Below are positions 59,187-64,000 of a DNA stretch of 64,000 bases, piece after piece. A program made the translations under genes and the position numbers. Origin of the DNA: Podarcis melisellensis (Eukaryota); the NCBI GenBank assembly GCA_964234715.1, contig OZ174289.1; one strand, 5' to 3'. The notes under the pieces were generated by a model. The model was not told the origin of the DNA. It searched no databases and was given only the letters and a program-made list of their open reading frames with translations. Numbering within the stretch: the stretch's first letter is position 1; each line of letters starts with the position of its first letter.

Positions 59187-62100
59187 GGGCCAGATCGGAT
59201 TGGTGATTCAGCTGCCCTTCTTGCTCACCTGTTCCTGCATCTTCATGTCTTTTTGCCTATGCGGACTGAGGCCTACCATCCCCACTCCTGAATGCTCAGG
59301 CCTCGGGAGCATAGCTTGGATGAGAAGGGGGATGTTGGGGCCAGTGATATTCAGTGCTTTCCCATAAAGGGAAAGTTGGAGAGCAAGGGGGAGAGAGAGC
59401 ATAGGGCTGAGTCTGTATCTTCTGTGAAGAGCTGTGTGAGTTTGAGGTCTTTCAGAGTGCAGCTTATTGCAATGTGGATTTTGCAGTAAGCTGTGCCTTC
59501 CCCTTAACTTGTGCAAGGGGGGAATTCAAAGGAGCTGCTGCATTCCCTTCCATTGTCATGTTACCTTAATAAACTATTTATTGGAGCTATGTATGTGTTT
59601 TGTGTTTTTCAGTATTGTAAGTTTGGTGCTGGAGGAGGCAGCCTGTGAACGAGAACAGCTGCTCTCTCAGTAGACAAAAAACTTAAAAGTTGTACATCCA
59701 ACTGCCCTGTTCACCAGCCTCCAAGGTAGCATTGTCGCAGAATGTCTGAATTCACCAACTCCTAATGCTGCACTGCTGTGATGACACAGAATGTTGGTGA
59801 ACATTCTAACTATTGTGAAGAAAGTTTCAGTTTTTGATTCTATAAATTGCTTAATGTTCAGATTTAATGCTGCTGCCCTCAGAAAATTGTAAAGTCACTT
59901 TGACTTGGATGATTATTCATGCTTGCCTATTGATGGAGGAAGCCTAAAGAACTGAGGAGAACAGAGTAAAGATGATCAGAATGTCCTGATGCATGGATGT
60001 ATATTGCTATTAAATATGTTTTCTTTCACTAGCGTCCTTGAGTTTGTTAAAAGAGGCAAACCTCTTGATCTGTACTTTGTTAACCCTCTAAGGGGGCAAA
60101 TTGACCTCCCAGGAATGATTCATCAAGGCAGTTGCTATGCGTAGAGTTACTGAAGATGAAAAAATGATTAAAGATTCTATTGCATACAGATGGGGAACAA
60201 ATGATAGTACCAGGCAAATAAATTGCTTTTCAAGGATGTGGACATCTGAGCCCCATCTGAGATGGGGAAATTCAATTAGATTTTAAAAAACAGGTACATT
60301 GCAGGGAAGGGAGGGAATAAAAATAGCCTTGTAATGCAGGTTTCTTCTATACATTTTGATTTTATAGCTTGTTAGCCTGGGCCATGAATAAAGTTAGAAA
60401 TTGGGGACATGGAGTTAACCCCCCCAATGTGTATTATCCAGTTCTCTTGTCTCTGGAGAGTGTGCTATATTCATGTTACTGTCTGTATAATATCCCCTGT
60501 AAAGTGGCTGCACGAAGGTAGCAGGTAGTCGTGCTCTGTCTTGATCCATATTAGCTGTTTTGTAGTATTAGCACTGGAAAGTCAACCAGCTTTAGGTTCC
60601 TTCCCCTTCATTAGTCAGATGGAGTTACATCCTGACTTCTGTGCACCAGTTTTTTCTGGGCAGTATTCAGGATGACACCTGTGAACTGTGTGTCACAGAT
60701 GGCACCGTTGCCACATTTGCTGTGCTCCACCATAATAGCAAATATTTATTTTTTCAGGGTTTCTTCAGTGTCATTCACTTAATTCGTGTGCTTGGGGGTT
60801 TTTTTGTGTTTGTTTTTTAAGTGCAAACACAAGACATGATAAAACAGAGCATAAAGGAAATGCCTTGCAGCTTCTATGTTTGCTTACGTTACTCTAATTT
60901 TTAATATTTATTAAGCACCAACAAGGTTTTGATAAGGATGGGGCCAGCTTGCTCACTAGAGTAAAGTGGTTTGAGCATATAACACCACTCCTGGCTTGAC
61001 TGCACTGGCTGCCCATTAGTGTCCAGGCCCAATTCAAAGTGCTGGTAAATAAGGCAGAAAAACAAACTTATCAAACAAAAGAATGCAAACTCAGTGATTC
61101 AAAATATCGTAAATGGCTGCTAAGCACCAACCTTGTGCCAGCTGCCATACTCTCTCTGGGATGTGGCTTCTTCACCCAGCACAGCAGTGCACACAGGAAG
61201 CAAGATCTATAGTTCTCAGCTTATACTTCTTCACCCTCAAAGAAATAAGTCAATCACTTCTATGTTTTGTTTTGTTTTGTTTTTTAAGGAGCTGAGGATG
61301 ATGCACTAAGTCTGTCCTATAGCAACCCTGGGAGGTATGTTGGACTGAGAGACTAGGGCCAAAGTCATCCAAGGAGCTGTAAGCCAGAGTAGAAATTGAC
61401 CAGGATCTCCCCCAGCCTCCTATAATACACTGCAAAATTGACCAAGGCCTGTGCCTATACAGCTTGTATGCAGATAAGCTCTGTTCAGATTTTAGTATTG
61501 ACATGCAGAGGAAGATGTATGGAATTAGTGTGTGAGATCCTTGTTCTACATGCTTCCCTCATGTGTTTTGTATTTTGTATGAACGGGCTTAACTTGCATC
61601 TCTGTTTCCCTTGATAGGAAAGGCAAGGGACTTCTTGGTTCCTTTTTTTTTTAGTAGCCTACACTCACCTGTTTTTCACAAGGTTCCAGCTATGGCAACC
61701 CAAGCAATCAGTGTAAAAGCACGTTCCACATCATCAAATGTGATTCTTCATTTAATACAAAACATCTGAAATGGTATTTTCGTAATTACGAATTAATAGA
61801 CCGATACCTAATCCAAACTGAATACACCTTTTTTCTCCTCCATCACAACTTTGGTGACATAAAGCTGCGGAAATAAAATTCATATCTATATCAAGGGTTC
61901 AGTTCCTTCAGCCACCTCTGTTTCCCAACTCCGTTAATGTTCCCTAATGTACAAAAATGACCTTGTGTCTCCAAAAAACATCAGTACATGGTCCCACTTT
62001 TCCTGAGATGAAGTGAGGGTTGCATTCACTGTAGCATTCACTGACAGTGGTTGGTGTATGGTGTCACAGCTAACCATTTGCCTTTTAAGTTCTTGTGAAA

Positions 62101-64000
62101 ACCTGTAGGACATTGTATCCTGCATATAAAATCAGCTGCATTTGCAATAATACATTTTTGTGCCATTTGCATACCATGTTTCACATAAAACTTTTCTTGG
62201 ATTTGCTCAGCATAGAAGTGAGTTTTCTGGTCACTCGGGTTGTGATTATTTCATTCCTCTTAATACTGACACAATGACTTTCTAGAATCCAAAGGTTTCT
62301 TAAAAGTCTGTACTGACTGGAGACATTCAATACCTCTAGGTGTCTTTTCAAATAAAACACTGATAAGCCCAAAATGCTTGTGATCCATGTCCTTCATCTA
62401 TCTTCTGAGGGTGATACTCTTCCCCAGTGGCAGTACAAAGTGGGCAGCTGCAAATTCACCAAATAGTAATTGTGGGGAGTAGCTCAAATTGTCCCCACTC
62501 TAAATTGGAGAGACAGTTGAGCAGGAGTCCTGAGGATGACTCCCTAGTTCTTTCCTGGTGCATCTCTTCTCTTCCTACCCGTGCAAGACATCCACTCAGT
62601 ACTGCAATAAGAAAGCAAGAAAGTATAGTTAGCTCTCATACATTGTAGTGTACGTGTGGAGAACCTCCAGATGTTGTTGGCCTCCCAACTGGCTGTGCTG
62701 GCTGGGACTGATGAGAGTTGGTGTCTGGCAACATCTTGGAGGGCCCTAGCTTCTCCATCCCTGTTTTACTGCAAATGCAGGCTATGTTGGACATTTGCTT
62801 TTTGTAACGTAAAAAGAATCTGAACAGATTGGGGGGTGGGTAATAGTAGCTCCGTATTAGGTAATATAATCTGTGCCTTTTATCAAGTTCCAGCTTCAGC
62901 AGCTGGCATCTGCATTTAAAAAGGTGTCAGGTAGCACAGCTCTTCCTAAGACCTTGGAGAGTAACTTCATAGACTACTAGTGGACCAACAGTCTTAGGAC
63001 AAGGGAAGAAAAATGATCATCCCAAGGGCCATATTCCCTTCTGGCAACCTTCTGGGGGCCACATGGCAGTGGTGAGTGGGGCCAGAGGCAAAAGTGAACA
63101 AAGTAACGTGTAAAATTTACCTTTGTACAAATGCAGTAGGATAGTTTATATACAGACACCTGTATTCCATTCAGAAAAACAATAGGTCTTACCTGAGTTC
63201 CAACTAGGCAAAAACACTCTGGATGTGAAGCAGAGACAGTGGGCAGGTAACTTGAGATGGGGTGATGTTGCTTGGGGAGATAGTCCTGGAGCATGATATT
63301 CAGCCCCCAGGTCTTTTTTACCCAACCCCTGACTTAGGGTGAAGGGCTATACTTCAGCATTGGAGCATCTGCTTTGCATGAAAGTCTTGGGTTCAATCTC
63401 TGGCATATCTAGATAAGGCTGATGTTCTGTGTCTAATTTTTATACAGCACAGTTCCTTCTTTCCAAATGTACATTGCAATCCATTTTCACCTTTGAGCTG
63501 AATAAGAAAGTGGAGTTCCTTTCTGCTCTGACATCAAGAGCTGCTGTTTACACCAGCTTGGAAGCTTTTAAGCACTCCTTCAGTTCTCCTCTTGGCTATT
63601 AAAAGAATCGAGGGATGCAGTTCCAAGTCAAAATCTATAGAGCAAACTGCACAATGTCCTGGAGATCAATAACATAGCCACTCTGAATAAGCCAGTGCCA
63701 TGGAACTGGAAGAGGAACAGCGATACAGCTGTTCAGTTGACCTTTCTTTACATAGTCTGTGGTGTTTTATTTTATTTGTTGGGCTGGATCTAGACTCATT
63801 CATACTTGGGGCGGATTCAAATCAGTGGAAATAGGGTTACTTCTATCCATGTTGTTGTTATAGGCTGACAGTGTTTTTGCATGAATGCTCTCAAACACAG
63901 GTCTTGCTTACTACATTTCTAAGACACCTAAAGGCAAGTCTTAGATCACCACACTGTGCCTTCATCATGTGTTTGTGCCTCAGAAAAGCACTTTAGTTGC

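Noticed and set aside
60000-64000. Searched for GPR119, expected from human synteny
   Set aside because: No 7-transmembrane ORF in this interval. It may lie outside the window.

Overview
Vertebrate (squamate, very probably lacertid lizard) genomic DNA, not prokaryotic. Four spliced genes lie on the + strand: the last two exons of an intron-containing MARS2 (mitochondrial methionyl-tRNA synthetase), RAB33A (2 coding exons, 216 aa), RBMX2 (6 coding exons) and SLC25A14/UCP5 (9 coding exons, 290 aa, last intron U12-type). RAB33A, RBMX2 and SLC25A14 are neighbours on human Xq26 / chicken 4p, a block that is Z-linked in lacertids. The rest is transposon-rich: a near full-length but dead BovB/RTE LINE, six Sauria SINEs, other tRNA-derived SINEs, several L1 fragments, hAT and Tc1/mariner-type MITEs and LTR-like pieces. 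There is one 134-bp N gap at 45774-45907. The most notable observations are: (1) a 308-bp TSD-flanked insertion in RBMX2 intron 3 with two tandem minimal type-I hammerhead ribozymes 191 nt apart (Penelope/retrozyme-like); (2) an L1 with a twin-priming 5' inversion; (3) a mariner-type element filled with GC-rich hairpin minisatellites; (4) a multi-level nested transposon stack. All coordinates were read by eye, and repeat family names come from recognition, not a database search.
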